A DNA stretch of 64,000 nucleotides from an uncultured Eubacterium sp. (GTDB taxonomy: Bacteria; Bacillota; Clostridia; Lachnospirales; Lachnospiraceae), in assembly GCA_934320655.1 (NCBI GenBank), contig CAKRFN010000001.1, positions 184,848 through 248,847 on the forward strand, in the 5' to 3' direction. Shown here one piece after another: positions 49,682-59,888 of this stretch. A model generated the notes under the pieces. That model saw nothing but the letters and a program-made list of their open reading frames with translations. It did no database searches and was not told where the DNA came from. A program made the position numbers and the translations under genes. Position 1 is the stretch's first letter; the number at the start of each line of letters is the position of its first letter.

Positions 49682-50977
49682 TTACTGATCCTCAAACCGT
49701 ACACGGATCGAATTGGCATGGGCAGTCAGCTGCTCACACTCCGCAAACTGTACGATATCTTTATAAATGGGTTCCAGTGCCTCTCTCGAATAAGAGATAA
49801 TGCTTGATTTCTTAATAAAATCATCCACAGACAGCGCGGAGAAGAACTTGGCAGTTCCGTTTGTCGGAAGCACATGGTTCGGTCCGGCAAAGTAATCACC
49901 TAACGGCTCGCTGCTGTATGTACCGAGGAAAATCGCGCCTGCGTTGCGGATCTTGGTCATCACGGTAAACGGATCACGCATCACGATCTCCAAATGCTCA
50001 GATGCGATGTCGTTGGCTGTCTCGATCGCTTCTTCCTCATTTTCCGCTACCAGAATATATCCGTAATGGTCAAGCGATTTCTGGATGATCTCTTTTCTGC
50101 TGAGCACCGCAACAAACTGATCGATCTCCTTTGATACCTGCTCTGCCAGCGTGCGGCTCGTCGTGACGAGGATTGCAGATGCCATCTCATCATGCTCCGC
50201 CTGTGAGAGCAGGTCGGCTGCGACGTAGCGCGGGTTGGCTGTCTCGTCCGCCAGAACGAGGATCTCGCTCGGCCCTGCGATCGAATCGATGCTGACATGT
50301 CCGAATACTGCCTTTTTCGCAAGTGCCACATAGATGTTTCCGGGTCCGACGATCTTATCCACCTTCGGTACACTCTCCGTACCAAATGCGAGTGCTGCGA
50401 TCGCTTGTGCGCCACCAACTTTATAGATGCGGTCTACACCTGCCTCCGTCGCTGCAACCAGCGTGGACGCACAGATTTTGCCGTCTTTTCCGGGAGGGGT
50501 TGTCATGATGATCTCGCTGACACCTGCCACCTTTGCCGGTACCACATTCATGAGCACGGATGACGGATAGACCGCTTTCCCGCCGGGTACATAGACACCG
50601 ACACGCTGCAGCGGTGTCACCTTCTGACCTAAAATAATACCGTTTTCCTTCGAATCAAACCAACTGTACTGGCGCTGTTTTTCATGGTATTCACGGATGT
50701 TGACCAGTGCTTTGCGGATGACTGCAAGCAGGGTCGGATCGACCGTATCATATGCCTCTTTGATCTCCTCCTCCGTGACTACGAGATTGTCCGCACTGAT
50801 ATCGGCACCGTCAAACTGCTTCGTATAAGAAAAAATCGCTGCGTCTTTGTTTTTCCGTACCTCTGAGATAATCGCTGCCACGCGATCCTCAAACTCACCG
50901 TAGCTGTTCGGGCTGCGCTTTAATAAATCCTCTAAAATATTGCTTTTTGTCTCTTTGTCCAACTGTAAAATCCGCAT
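49682..50977 (-). CDS. hisD: Histidinol dehydrogenase
   Basis: HisD length and motifs (GPSEILV..., SQAEHDE). Confidence 0.9.
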   Translation of the reverse strand: MRILQLDKETKSNILEDLLKRSPNSYGEFEDRVAAIISEVRKNKDAAIFSYTKQFDGADISADNLVVTEEEIKEAYDTVDPTLLAVIRKALVNIREYHEKQRQYSWFDSKENGIILGQKVTPLQRVGVYVPGGKAVYPSSVLMNVVPAKVAGVSEIIMTTPPGKDGKICASTLVAATEAGVDRIYKVGGAQAIAALAFGTESVPKVDKIVGPGNIYVALAKKAVFGHVSIDSIAGPSEILVLADETANPRYVAADLLSQAEHDEMASAILVTTSRTLAEQVSKEIDQFVAVLSRKEIIQKSLDHYGYILVAENEEEAIETANDIASEHLEIVMRDPFTVMTKIRNAGAIFLGTYSSEPLGDYFAGPNHVLPTNGTAKFFSALSVDDFIKKSSIISYSREALEPIYKDIVQFAECEQLTAHANSIRVRFEDQ

Positions 50978-50978
50978 A

Positions 50979-51662
50979 TCAATTCTCCTTTTGAATGACC
51001 TGTTTTAAATCCGCGATCAGCTTTGTGATGCGCTCATTTTCCATTTTCATGCTCACCGGGTTAACCACCATGCGTGCGGATAACGGGCATACTTCCTCAA
51101 GTACCTGCAACCCGTTCTCCCGCAGAGTCGATCCGGTCTCTACGATATCCACGATCACATCCCCGAGTCCGACGATCGGAGCCAGCTCGATGGAGCCGTT
51201 CAGCTTGATGATCTCTACGGTCTGCTGCTTTTTATTATAAAAATAGTTTTTCGCGATGCGCGGATACTTCGATGCCACGCGGATCTGCTCATGGTGCTGC
51301 AACAGCTCGCGTGCGCTCTCCGGCCCGCACACACACATGCGGCATTTTCCGAAGCCCAGATCGAGCACCTCGTAAATATTTCTTCCTTCTTCTAAGATCG
51401 TATCTTCCCCGACAACACCGATATCTGCGGCACCATATTCTACATAAGTCGGCACATCCGGCCCCTTTGCGAGAAAGAACCGCAGCTTTAACTCCTCGTT
51501 GACAAAGATCAGCTTTCTCGTATCCTTATCCTTCATTTCTTCACAGGTGATGCCGATTTCTTCCAGCAGCTTGAGTGTGCGGTTTGCCAGCCTGCCCTTG
51601 CCGAGCGCAAAGGTCAGATACCGTTCATTCGTTTCGTTTTCCATCTCTTTCTCTGTCTCCAA
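50979..51662 (-). CDS. hisG: ATP phosphoribosyltransferase catalytic subunit (short form)
   Basis: LTFALGKGRL N-terminal motif and PRPP-binding loop; paired with hisZ; the true start may be an internal Met. Confidence 0.85.
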   Translation of the reverse strand: METEKEMENETNERYLTFALGKGRLANRTLKLLEEIGITCEEMKDKDTRKLIFVNEELKLRFFLAKGPDVPTYVEYGAADIGVVGEDTILEEGRNIYEVLDLGFGKCRMCVCGPESARELLQHHEQIRVASKYPRIAKNYFYNKKQQTVEIIKLNGSIELAPIVGLGDVIVDIVETGSTLRENGLQVLEEVCPLSARMVVNPVSMKMENERITKLIADLKQVIQKEN

Positions 51663-51669
51663 TCATTGA

Positions 51670-52863
51670 TTATTGCCCATCCAGCATCCAGGTGATTCTT
51701 GCAATATAATTTTCTTTTGCATATGCTTCATATGCCTGCGTGCCCTTTGTGGTATCATATAACAACAGCTCCGCACGGCCGCCGGTGCTGCGCAGCTTCC
51801 GCGCCGTCACAACGGCTTCCTCCCGATGCGACGCATCATAGACGATCAACTGTGTATGGTGCATGATCGGAACCTCGATGTGCTGTCTGCGGATCGCCTC
51901 GAGCAGCTGGTCGATCACTACGACAAATCCGATCGCCGCAGCATCCTTGCCAAACATCGGCAGCAATTCATCGTACCTGCCACCTTTGACGATCGGTTCA
52001 CCGGTACCGTAAGTATAACCGCTGAGCAGAATACCGCTGTAATAGTGATAATCGCTGACCATCCCCGGCTCGAACGACACATAGCGGTCAATCCCGTATA
52101 ATAACAACAGCTCCTGTAACTGCTCCAGACGCTGTAATGCATGGTAGACAGTCTCATATTCTTTGGCAGCTTCTTTAAACTGTTCCAGTTCTTCGGCAGA
52201 TGTGTACATACAGCGCAAAATATCAAAGCAGCGCTTGAGATTCTCCGGCAGATTGCGGCTGTTTACAAATTCTTCCACACCGAAAAAGTTCTTATTCGAG
52301 AGCAGGCTGCGCAGCTCCTCCGTCTCATCCGGTGTGAATCCGGCTGCATCTGCCAGTCCCTGAAAAATGCTTGCATGACCGACGCTGATCTGAAACTCCT
52401 TTAATCCTGCCGCCTGCAGGCAATCCACGATCATGGACAGCATTTCCGCATCCGCATCGACCGATGCATCGCCCATAAACTCGGCACCTAACTGTGTGCA
52501 CTCCTTCATCCGTCCGCGCAGGCTGTGATGATTGATAAACGTGCTGCCTTTATAGCAGAAACGCAACGGCATTTCTTCGTCCATATAATATTTTGCTGCA
52601 GAACGGGCAATCGAGGGCGTAATATCCGGTCTTAAAACCAGCGTATTTCCTTCGCGGTCAAAAAACTTGTACAGATCCTTTGAGGGGATCGTACCAACTT
52701 CTTTTCCAAAAATATCAAAAAATTCGAAAGAAGGTGTCTCGATCGGATGATAACCGTAGCCGGTCAGCACAGAAAACAATTTCTGTTCGAGATATAATTT
52801 GCGCTCACATTCCTCATTGTAAATATCACGGACACCTTCCGGTGTATGTAAACTCTGTTTCAT
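51670..52863 (-). CDS. hisZ: ATP phosphoribosyltransferase regulatory subunit HisZ (HisRS paralog)
   Basis: Class II aaRS-like core without an anticodon-binding domain; GAAGGAG RBS. Confidence 0.85.
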   Translation of the reverse strand: MKQSLHTPEGVRDIYNEECERKLYLEQKLFSVLTGYGYHPIETPSFEFFDIFGKEVGTIPSKDLYKFFDREGNTLVLRPDITPSIARSAAKYYMDEEMPLRFCYKGSTFINHHSLRGRMKECTQLGAEFMGDASVDADAEMLSMIVDCLQAAGLKEFQISVGHASIFQGLADAAGFTPDETEELRSLLSNKNFFGVEEFVNSRNLPENLKRCFDILRCMYTSAEELEQFKEAAKEYETVYHALQRLEQLQELLLLYGIDRYVSFEPGMVSDYHYYSGILLSGYTYGTGEPIVKGGRYDELLPMFGKDAAAIGFVVVIDQLLEAIRRQHIEVPIMHHTQLIVYDASHREEAVVTARKLRSTGGRAELLLYDTTKGTQAYEAYAKENYIARITWMLDGQ

Positions 52864-52920
52864 CGTGTAATTTCTCCTTCCCGCTCACGGATACTGTCCG
52901 GATCACGGTTTATTTTACTT

Positions 52921-52957
52921 TATCGTGGTAGCGTGATAACCTGGTAGCACGATAAAC
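52921..52957 (-). promoter_or_regulatory. Tandem 15-bp direct repeats / palindrome in the his leader (candidate operator)
   Basis: Minus strand TTATCGTGCTACCAG then TTATCACGCTACCAC; also the inverted pair TTATCGTG...CACGATAA; located at about +5 to +45 from the predicted start. Confidence 0.35.
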
Positions 52958-52964
52958 TTCACTG

Positions 52965-52993
52965 ATTATAAGCGATTCCGCAAAAAAAGTCAA
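52965..52993 (-). promoter_or_regulatory. Sigma-A promoter of the his operon
   Basis: TTGACT, 17-nt spacer, TATAAT on the minus strand; the -35 overlaps the recU stop codon. Confidence 0.55.
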
Positions 52994-53526
52994 CCTCTCG
53001 CATCCAGATCGATCTGCAACGGCTGTAAATAAGGCACAAACACACCGCCCCTGCCCATCGAAAAGAAATATTGCTCCTTTAATTCCTCAAAGCGGAAGCT
53101 CTTTCTGCCCCCCTGCTCCATCCGCTCCCAGAACACGAGCAGATCACGAAACGGCAGGTAATAAAACACATCCCGCTTCGTATAGTGGATCAGGAAAAAA
53201 GCGACTCCCTGCTGTGCTTCAAACTGGCGCATAAACTCGACCTGATGCGCATGGATATTCTGTAACGGGAACGTATCCGTATGGCATTCCTTTGCATCAA
53301 AGCATACCGGAATGCCCTGTACCGCCCCAATATAGTCTACGGTACTTTTCTGGTCAAAATATGCCAGTGTAATATGCCTTGTCTTTTTATCGATATTGAT
53401 CGGCGTGATCGGTGTCGGCACCTTCTGGATCATCGCCAGCGCATGCGCGGCGTACACCTCATTCGTGCGGTTGACCAGATCCTCAAGCGCAGAGCCACGC
53501 AGGCCTCTGGAATTCCATGTTGCCAT
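52990..53526 (-). CDS. recU: Holliday junction resolvase RecU
   Basis: RecU core with catalytic DAKE motif (CFDAKEC). Confidence 0.85.
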   Translation of the reverse strand: MATWNSRGLRGSALEDLVNRTNEVYAAHALAMIQKVPTPITPINIDKKTRHITLAYFDQKSTVDYIGAVQGIPVCFDAKECHTDTFPLQNIHAHQVEFMRQFEAQQGVAFFLIHYTKRDVFYYLPFRDLLVFWERMEQGGRKSFRFEELKEQYFFSMGRGGVFVPYLQPLQIDLDARG

Positions 53527-53532
53527 TTCCTA

Positions 53533-54519
53533 TCATCCTTTCGCCGCTTCTGTGCTGTGGCGTGCCCTCAGCCATGCTAACGCTGCCTCAAAATCAGCAG
53601 GCAGATCCGCAACTACCTCCCTGCCGTCAGAGAAACGCACACGATACGCATGCAGGAGCTGTCGGTTGATCCCGGCTGCCTTTTCAAATAAACGGTTCTG
53701 TCTCAGCTCCCCGTATTTCGGATCCCCGATGACCGGATGACCGATTGATGCCAAATGCGCACGGATCTGATGCGAGCGCCCGGTGATCAGATGCACCTCC
53801 AACAGTGTGTAATCACCGAACTGCTCGACCGGATTATATTCGGTCTCGATATATTTGCGGTTTGGCGCACCGTTCTGAAAGATAGACACGGCATTTTCGC
53901 GCTCATCCTTGAGCAGATATCCTTTTAATAGCTGTTTTTTCGAAAGGTCACCCTTGACGAGACAGCGGTAATACTTTTTCATGGAACGGCTCTTTAACTC
54001 GGCGGACAGCCGCTGCAAGCCGCGCAGTGTCTTTCCCGCCAGCAGAATACCGGAGGTATTGCGGTCTAAGCGGTTACAAATCGACGGGCGGAACGTGTGC
54101 AGATCCGCCTCTGTCAGTGCCTTTGTTTCCAATAAATAAGCGATCATATGCTCATTTGCGGAAATATCGGATTCCTTGGCTTTCTGAGAGAGCATCCCCG
54201 CCGGCTTGTTCATGACAAGGATGTCCTCATCCTCGTAGACGACAGAAAATGCCGGTTGCACCGGTACACGTTTCAATTCCTCAATCGTATCTCCGCTGCT
54301 TCTCGAAAACTTCTCAAACGTGTCATCGGCCAGGAAGCATACGACTTCGTCTCCGACCGATAAATGCTCCGAGCCAGTCGCCTTTTCCTGATTCAGCACA
54401 ATATTCTTTTTTCGCAGCATTTTATAAATAAAGCTGCCCGGCGCATCCGGAAGGAGTTTTCGCAAATACTTGTCCAGCCGCTGTCCGGCTTCGTTTTCTT
54501 TGATAATAAATGACTTCAT
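53533..54519 (-). CDS. RluA-family pseudouridine synthase (RluC/RluD-like)
   Basis: S4 N-terminal domain; catalytic motif NRLDRNTSGILLAGKT. Confidence 0.8.
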   Translation of the reverse strand: MKSFIIKENEAGQRLDKYLRKLLPDAPGSFIYKMLRKKNIVLNQEKATGSEHLSVGDEVVCFLADDTFEKFSRSSGDTIEELKRVPVQPAFSVVYEDEDILVMNKPAGMLSQKAKESDISANEHMIAYLLETKALTEADLHTFRPSICNRLDRNTSGILLAGKTLRGLQRLSAELKSRSMKKYYRCLVKGDLSKKQLLKGYLLKDERENAVSIFQNGAPNRKYIETEYNPVEQFGDYTLLEVHLITGRSHQIRAHLASIGHPVIGDPKYGELRQNRLFEKAAGINRQLLHAYRVRFSDGREVVADLPADFEAALAWLRARHSTEAAKG

Positions 54520-54556
54520 ATCGTTTGTTGCTTTCTGTTACCTTGTTATTATTACC

Positions 54557-56524
54557 TTAATGTTTGTTCTTTTTGTGTACATTCCGGATTGTTTTCTTTT
54601 TTGTTCCGGTGTTTTTTCCGGAACTCTTTTTGTCAAAATTCTTTCTGTTAGAACCGTTTTGCGGCGCATTGCGTCTGTCTCCGCTGCCCGCATGCCCGCC
54701 CTGCTTTGTGCGCTGCCGGATCAACCGCGGACGGATCAGGCATTCCGGCTCAAACCCGATCAGATCGGTGCGTCCCGCACGCTCTAACGCTTCTTTGACG
54801 AGCTCATAATTTTTCGGATTACGGTACTGCATGAGCGCACGCTGCATCGCCTTCTCATGCGGGTTTGTGGCGGTATAGACTGGCGTCATGTCGCGCGGAT
54901 CAAGCCCCGTATAATACATACAGGTCGAGATCGTGGACGGGGTCGGGTAAAAATCCTGCACCTGTTCGGGCATATAATGAATATCCCTTAAATATTCCGC
55001 CAGCTCGATTGCCTCGGTCAGCGTCGCTCCCGGATGGGACGACATCAGATACGGCACGAGATACTGTTTTTTGCCCAGTTTTTCATTCATCCGCGTGTAG
55101 CGCTCAACGAACGCCTTATATACTTCCGGTGCCGGTTTTCCGAGCTTGTCCAGCACTTTTCTTGAAATATGCTCCGGTGCAACCTTTAGCTGTCCGCTGA
55201 CATGATATTCGCATAATTCCCGCAAAAACGCATCGCTTTTATCCGCCAGCACATAGTCAAACCGGATACCGGAACGGATAAATACCTTTTTCACACCCGG
55301 AATCTCCCGCAGTTTGCGCAGCAGACGGATGTAATCGGTATGGTCTGCATGCAGATTTTTACACGGCTGCGGAAACAGACATTGTTTGTTCGGACAGACA
55401 CCTTTTGTCAACTGCTTTTCGCAGGACGGATGTCTGAAATTGGCGGTCGGACCGCCGACATCATGAATGTATCCCTTGAAATCCGGCTCATAGGTGAGCT
55501 GCTTTGCCTCCTCAACGATCGATGCATGGCTGCGTGTCTGGATCGTGCGCCCCTGATGAAACGTCAGTGCACAGAAATTGCAGCCGCCAAAACAGCCACG
55601 GTTGCTGATCAGCGAAAACTTCACCTCGCGGATCGCGGGGATGCCTCCGGCTGCCTCATACATCGGGTGATAGGTGCGCATGTACGGCAGTGCGTAGACG
55701 CGGTCCATCTCCTCCTGTGTCAGCGGCTTCGACGGACGGTTCTGCACGACAAACAGCTTCTCATCATAAGTCTCATATAAAACCTTTGCCACAAAATGGT
55801 CGGTATTGCAGTATTGGACATAAAAACTGCGCGCGTATGCCTCTTTAGATGCGCGGATCTCCTCGAACGACGGCAGCTTTACTGCCTGTGCCTGTTCGAC
55901 CAGCTCACGGTCTCTCGTCTTGTACACCGTTCCGTCAATGAAAGTAATATCTTTGACAGCAATCCCGCTGTTTAGCGCGTCTGCGATCTCTATGATACTG
56001 TGTTCCCCCATTCCATAGGAGATCAGATCCGCGCCCGAATCTAAAAGAATCGAACGGCGGACTTTGTTCGACCAGTAATCATAGTGTCCGAGCCTGCGCA
56101 GACTCGCCTCGATCCCACCGATGATCATCGGTGTATGCTTATACGTTCTGCGGATCAGATTGCCGTATACAACCACTGCATAATCCGGACGCTTGCCCAT
56201 CTCGCCGCCCGGCGTATAGGCATCGGTGTCCCTGCGTTTTTTCGATACGGAATAGTGGTTGACCATTGAGTCCATATTGCCGCCGGATACTAAAAATCCG
56301 AGCCTCGGCTCCCCGAATGTCTGTATACTCGCGGGATCTTTCCAGTCCGGCTGTGCGATAATGGCTACTTTATATCCGTGTGACTCCAGCAGACGGCTGA
56401 TGATCGCCGGGCCAAACGATGGATGATCCACATAGGCATCTCCGATCACATACACAAAATCCGGTCGTTCCCAGCCTCTTTTTTCGCAATCTTCGGTTGT
56501 CACGGGTAAAAAATCGTGTATCAT
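54557..56524 (-). CDS. ygiQ: YgiQ-family (UPF0313) radical SAM protein
   Basis: N-terminal DFVYVIGDAYVDHPSFG; CxxxCxxC (CFGGCNFC); basic C-terminal tail. Confidence 0.85.
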   Translation of the reverse strand: MIHDFLPVTTEDCEKRGWERPDFVYVIGDAYVDHPSFGPAIISRLLESHGYKVAIIAQPDWKDPASIQTFGEPRLGFLVSGGNMDSMVNHYSVSKKRRDTDAYTPGGEMGKRPDYAVVVYGNLIRRTYKHTPMIIGGIEASLRRLGHYDYWSNKVRRSILLDSGADLISYGMGEHSIIEIADALNSGIAVKDITFIDGTVYKTRDRELVEQAQAVKLPSFEEIRASKEAYARSFYVQYCNTDHFVAKVLYETYDEKLFVVQNRPSKPLTQEEMDRVYALPYMRTYHPMYEAAGGIPAIREVKFSLISNRGCFGGCNFCALTFHQGRTIQTRSHASIVEEAKQLTYEPDFKGYIHDVGGPTANFRHPSCEKQLTKGVCPNKQCLFPQPCKNLHADHTDYIRLLRKLREIPGVKKVFIRSGIRFDYVLADKSDAFLRELCEYHVSGQLKVAPEHISRKVLDKLGKPAPEVYKAFVERYTRMNEKLGKKQYLVPYLMSSHPGATLTEAIELAEYLRDIHYMPEQVQDFYPTPSTISTCMYYTGLDPRDMTPVYTATNPHEKAMQRALMQYRNPKNYELVKEALERAGRTDLIGFEPECLIRPRLIRQRTKQGGHAGSGDRRNAPQNGSNRKNFDKKSSGKNTGTKKKTIRNVHKKNKH

Positions 56525-56593
56525 AAATGTTCCTCTTTAAGCGGCAGCTATCTACTGCCTCCAACATATTATTTTACCACTGTTTCTGCGATT

Positions 56594-57259
56594 TTACAAC
56601 CGCTCATACGTCCCATCGAGCACCTGTGCATAGGAATCAATATAGTAGTGTGCGAGTGCCCGTTTTTCTGCATCCTGTGCATGGGAATATTCATCGGAAA
56701 CCGCACATACATGCATGCCTGCGGCGAGTCCCGCGCGGATGCCCTGCGGGATATCTTCAAACACGAGACAGTCAGCCGGTGCGAGGTGCAGCTTGTCCGC
56801 TGCCGCGAGAAATACATCCGGTGCGGGCTTTCCACGCTTGACTTCGTTTGCGGTCAGCACCGCATCCATATAGTCATACAGTCCATGTGCCTGTGCAACC
56901 GCATCCAGCAGCGTGCGTGCATTGCTCGTGGCGATGCCCATTTTGATCCCACGCTGCTTCATCTCGCGCAAAAACGCATCCAGAGCCGGTTTCATCGGCA
57001 CCTCATAGCGGTATTTGTGCATCGCCATGTCAACCCAGATATCCATCAGCTCCTCTGCCGTCTCTGTCAGCGGATAGGTGCGGACAAAATACTCCGCCGT
57101 CTCCTGAAAGCTCATCCCCTCTATGGCAAGTTCCAGATCGTCGGACAGCTCGAGTCCGTGTGCCGCCATAAATTCTTTGTCAATCTGCCGCCACATCCAC
57201 ATGGAATCGACCATCGTTCCATCCAGATCAAATATAATTCCTTTGATTCCCGTCAGCAT
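56594..57259 (-). CDS. HAD-superfamily hydrolase (beta-phosphoglucomutase-like subfamily IA)
   Basis: Motif I FDLDGTMVDS; start assumed at the internal Met (MLTGIKG). Confidence 0.7.
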   Translation of the reverse strand: MLTGIKGIIFDLDGTMVDSMWMWRQIDKEFMAAHGLELSDDLELAIEGMSFQETAEYFVRTYPLTETAEELMDIWVDMAMHKYRYEVPMKPALDAFLREMKQRGIKMGIATSNARTLLDAVAQAHGLYDYMDAVLTANEVKRGKPAPDVFLAAADKLHLAPADCLVFEDIPQGIRAGLAAGMHVCAVSDEYSHAQDAEKRALAHYYIDSYAQVLDGTYERL

Positions 57260-57263
57260 ACTT

Positions 57264-57986
57264 CTATGCGCCCCTCTCTCGTAAATATGTGATCTCATCA
57301 TCTGTCAGCGCCCGGTATTCGCCCGGCTGTAAGGACTCATCGAGCTTTAATGCGCCCATTGACAGGCGTTTTAATTCTAACACCTGCTTTCCGACTGCCT
57401 CGAACATCCGCTTGATCTGGTGAAATTTGCCCTCATAGATCGTGACCTGGATCTGCGAGATTACGTTAGATTTTAAAATCACGAGCTCTGCCGGTTTTGT
57501 CGGCTTTTTCTCACCGATATCGATGCCCTGTGCAAATGCTTTGACATCCTCCTCCGTGACGATTCCGTCGATGACTGCCTCGTAGGTTTTTGGTATATGT
57601 TTGGACGGGCTGAGCAGCTCGTGTGCGAGTGCGCCGTCGTTTGTGATAAGCAGCAGCCCCTCGGTGTCGAGATCCAGTCTGCCGACCGGAAAAAGATCGC
57701 TCCGCAGATGGTCGGTGATGTAGTCAAGCACAGTCGGATAGCGGTGATCCTCGGTTGCCGATACGCAGCCCTTTGGCTTGTTGAGCATGAAGTATTCATA
57801 AGACGCATATTGAACCGGACGGTGCTCCACCATGACTTGTGCCCGCTCTGGGTCAAGCTTCTGCTCCGGGCTTTTGCATGTTTTTCCGTCGAGCTGTACT
57901 TTGCCCGCACGGATCAGTTTTTTCACTTCACTGCGTGTGCCGAACTGCATGTCTGCGAGGTATTTATCTAATCGAATCTGGGTCAT
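57264..57986 (-). CDS. rRNA pseudouridine synthase, RsuA/RluB family
   Basis: S4 domain; catalytic motif GRLDLDTEGLLLITNDG; internal ATG 57986 with AAAGGA RBS (ORF track extends to 58205). Confidence 0.8.
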   Translation of the reverse strand: MTQIRLDKYLADMQFGTRSEVKKLIRAGKVQLDGKTCKSPEQKLDPERAQVMVEHRPVQYASYEYFMLNKPKGCVSATEDHRYPTVLDYITDHLRSDLFPVGRLDLDTEGLLLITNDGALAHELLSPSKHIPKTYEAVIDGIVTEEDVKAFAQGIDIGEKKPTKPAELVILKSNVISQIQVTIYEGKFHQIKRMFEAVGKQVLELKRLSMGALKLDESLQPGEYRALTDDEITYLRERGA

Positions 57987-58201
57987 CAGAGTATTCCTTT
58001 CTTTAATCGAAATATAAACATGATCGTTATACGGACGCAGCGCGAGCAAACCAGATGCACTGTGGGAGCTGCAAATGCGGAATATCGCGCTCATATGCCT
58101 TGAAACACCACATAGCAGGCTGATCAGGATACTGCCGTACTCGCAGTCAGCAGCCAATCCACAACATGCCACTTGCGATTCAGCTGCGACCTCATATTCA
58201 T

Positions 58202-58882
58202 TCAATACGGCATCTCGACCGTCTCCAGCCCCTGCAAAAACGGATACGGATTAACCGCTGTCTCCTGCCCGTTTTCATCGTCATAGTAGATGCCAACATG
58301 CAGATGCACCGGAAAATTGCCGGTTGTTCCCTCGATATTGCTGTAGCCAGTGTCTCCCGCAAAACCGAGCAGCTGCCCGCCCACAATCGGCGTTCCCTCC
58401 TCGATCCCATCCGCATAATCATACAAATGCGCGTAATAATAATAGATCCCGCGGTCACTGCGGATGCCGAGCCGGTAGCCGCCCTTTGGCAGCCAGCCCT
58501 TTTTCTCCACGACACCGTCTGTCATCGACAGCACCGGAAAGATGCCCCGCCTGTCCGGAGAGAGCATCAGATCCGTGCCCTCATGTCCACGCTCCCCGCC
58601 AAAGCTGCGCGCAGACATCCACGAATCCTCATAGGATACCGCATACTGCGGATGCAGCGTAGACTGTGGGATCGGAAATAGCTGCAAATCCGCCCGTATC
58701 GCAGCAGCAACCGCATCGGGAACAGCCGTATCCGCCGCCTGCGATGGCGTCTGCCGGTCATCAGGCTCCTGCGTAGACTGCTGCGCCCGCCGCTCCTCCC
58801 ACGCGAGAATCTGCTCCATACCGATAATATCGAGCGATGCAGTCATCAATACCAGCATGCACAGCAAAGATATTTTTTTCAT
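58202..58882 (-). CDS. Secreted M23-family metallopeptidase (LytM-like)
   Basis: Signal peptide; HxxxD (GHEGTD) and HxH (VHLHVGIY) zinc motifs. Confidence 0.8.
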   Translation of the reverse strand: MKKISLLCMLVLMTASLDIIGMEQILAWEERRAQQSTQEPDDRQTPSQAADTAVPDAVAAAIRADLQLFPIPQSTLHPQYAVSYEDSWMSARSFGGERGHEGTDLMLSPDRRGIFPVLSMTDGVVEKKGWLPKGGYRLGIRSDRGIYYYYAHLYDYADGIEEGTPIVGGQLLGFAGDTGYSNIEGTTGNFPVHLHVGIYYDDENGQETAVNPYPFLQGLETVEMPY

Positions 58883-58915
58883 ATTCCATACCTGCCTGTC
58901 ATAACTTTTAGTAAT

Positions 58916-59878
58916 ATGATGAAAAAAACAATTCCCCGATATGTTACAAAAAAATATCTATTTTGTTATATGCTAGGCATGTTTTTACTATTCCTGCTGA
59001 AAGAGCCGCAGGTCGCGATTGAGGGCGCGCGCTTCGGGCTTCTGCTGTGGGCAAAGCAACTGCTCCCCAGCCTGCTCCCGTTTCTGATCCTGACACAAAT
59101 ACTCATCCGGAGCGGGTATTTAGACCGGATCTGTGAGAAACTGCATCTGCCGCAGAGCTATTTTGTATTGTTCGCGGGAACGCTGTGCGGCTTTCCGATG
59201 GGCTGCAAGCTGGCGACAGACCTGTATGCGCGCGGGCAGCTCTCAAAGGAAGATGCCTCCCTGCTGTCCGTCATCGCCAACCAGATGAGCCCTGCCTTTG
59301 TGGGCGGATATATCTTATCCGAAACGCTCAAATTGCCGCAGCTCATCCCGCTCACTTACGCAATTCTGTATGCACCGGCACTTGTCTGCGGAATCTGCAT
59401 CCTCACATGGCGGCGGCATCACAACCGGCGCCTGGCACCCGCCATGACAAAAAAATCGACATCAGGGCTGCAAATGAATGTTGCAATCCTTGATGCCGGT
59501 ATTATGAACAGTTTTGAAACGATGCTGAAACTGGGCGGATACGTCATGCTGTTTGCCGTCATGACAGGTATGTGTCAGCACTATCTGACAGCCATGCCAA
59601 TCCTGTCTACCACGATTGCCGGACTGCTCGAAATCACGGGTGCGGTCAGCGTCCTGAACCGGACACTTCCGACTACATACCTCAAATACGTTGCGATCCT
59701 GAGTGCCACTGCATTTGGCGGCTGCTCCGGAATCGCCCAGACTGCCTCGCTCATTCACACGGACGGACTCCCTGACGGCGGGCTGCCGATCGGTGGATAT
59801 ATCCGCGGACGGCTGCTGCTCGCAGGCATCACAGCGCTGCTCGCCGCACTCCTGTATCCGTTAGCCGTTGCCTTCTGA
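58916..59878 (+). CDS. YlbJ-like polytopic membrane protein (nucleoside-recognition/Gate-domain, sporulation-associated family)
   Basis: Multiple TM helices; neighbours coaD and rsmD as ylbJ does in Bacillus. Confidence 0.5.
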   Translation: MMKKTIPRYVTKKYLFCYMLGMFLLFLLKEPQVAIEGARFGLLLWAKQLLPSLLPFLILTQILIRSGYLDRICEKLHLPQSYFVLFAGTLCGFPMGCKLATDLYARGQLSKEDASLLSVIANQMSPAFVGGYILSETLKLPQLIPLTYAILYAPALVCGICILTWRRHHNRRLAPAMTKKSTSGLQMNVAILDAGIMNSFETMLKLGGYVMLFAVMTGMCQHYLTAMPILSTTIAGLLEITGAVSVLNRTLPTTYLKYVAILSATAFGGCSGIAQTASLIHTDGLPDGGLPIGGYIRGRLLLAGITALLAALLYPLAVAF

Positions 59879-59888
59879 CTTGAAAAAT

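Noticed and set aside
57987-58205. N-terminal 73-aa extension of the RsuA-family synthase ORF
   Set aside because: The extension is Cys/Ser-rich and non-homologous. A good AAAGGA RBS precedes the internal ATG at 57986, which is where the conserved S4 domain starts.
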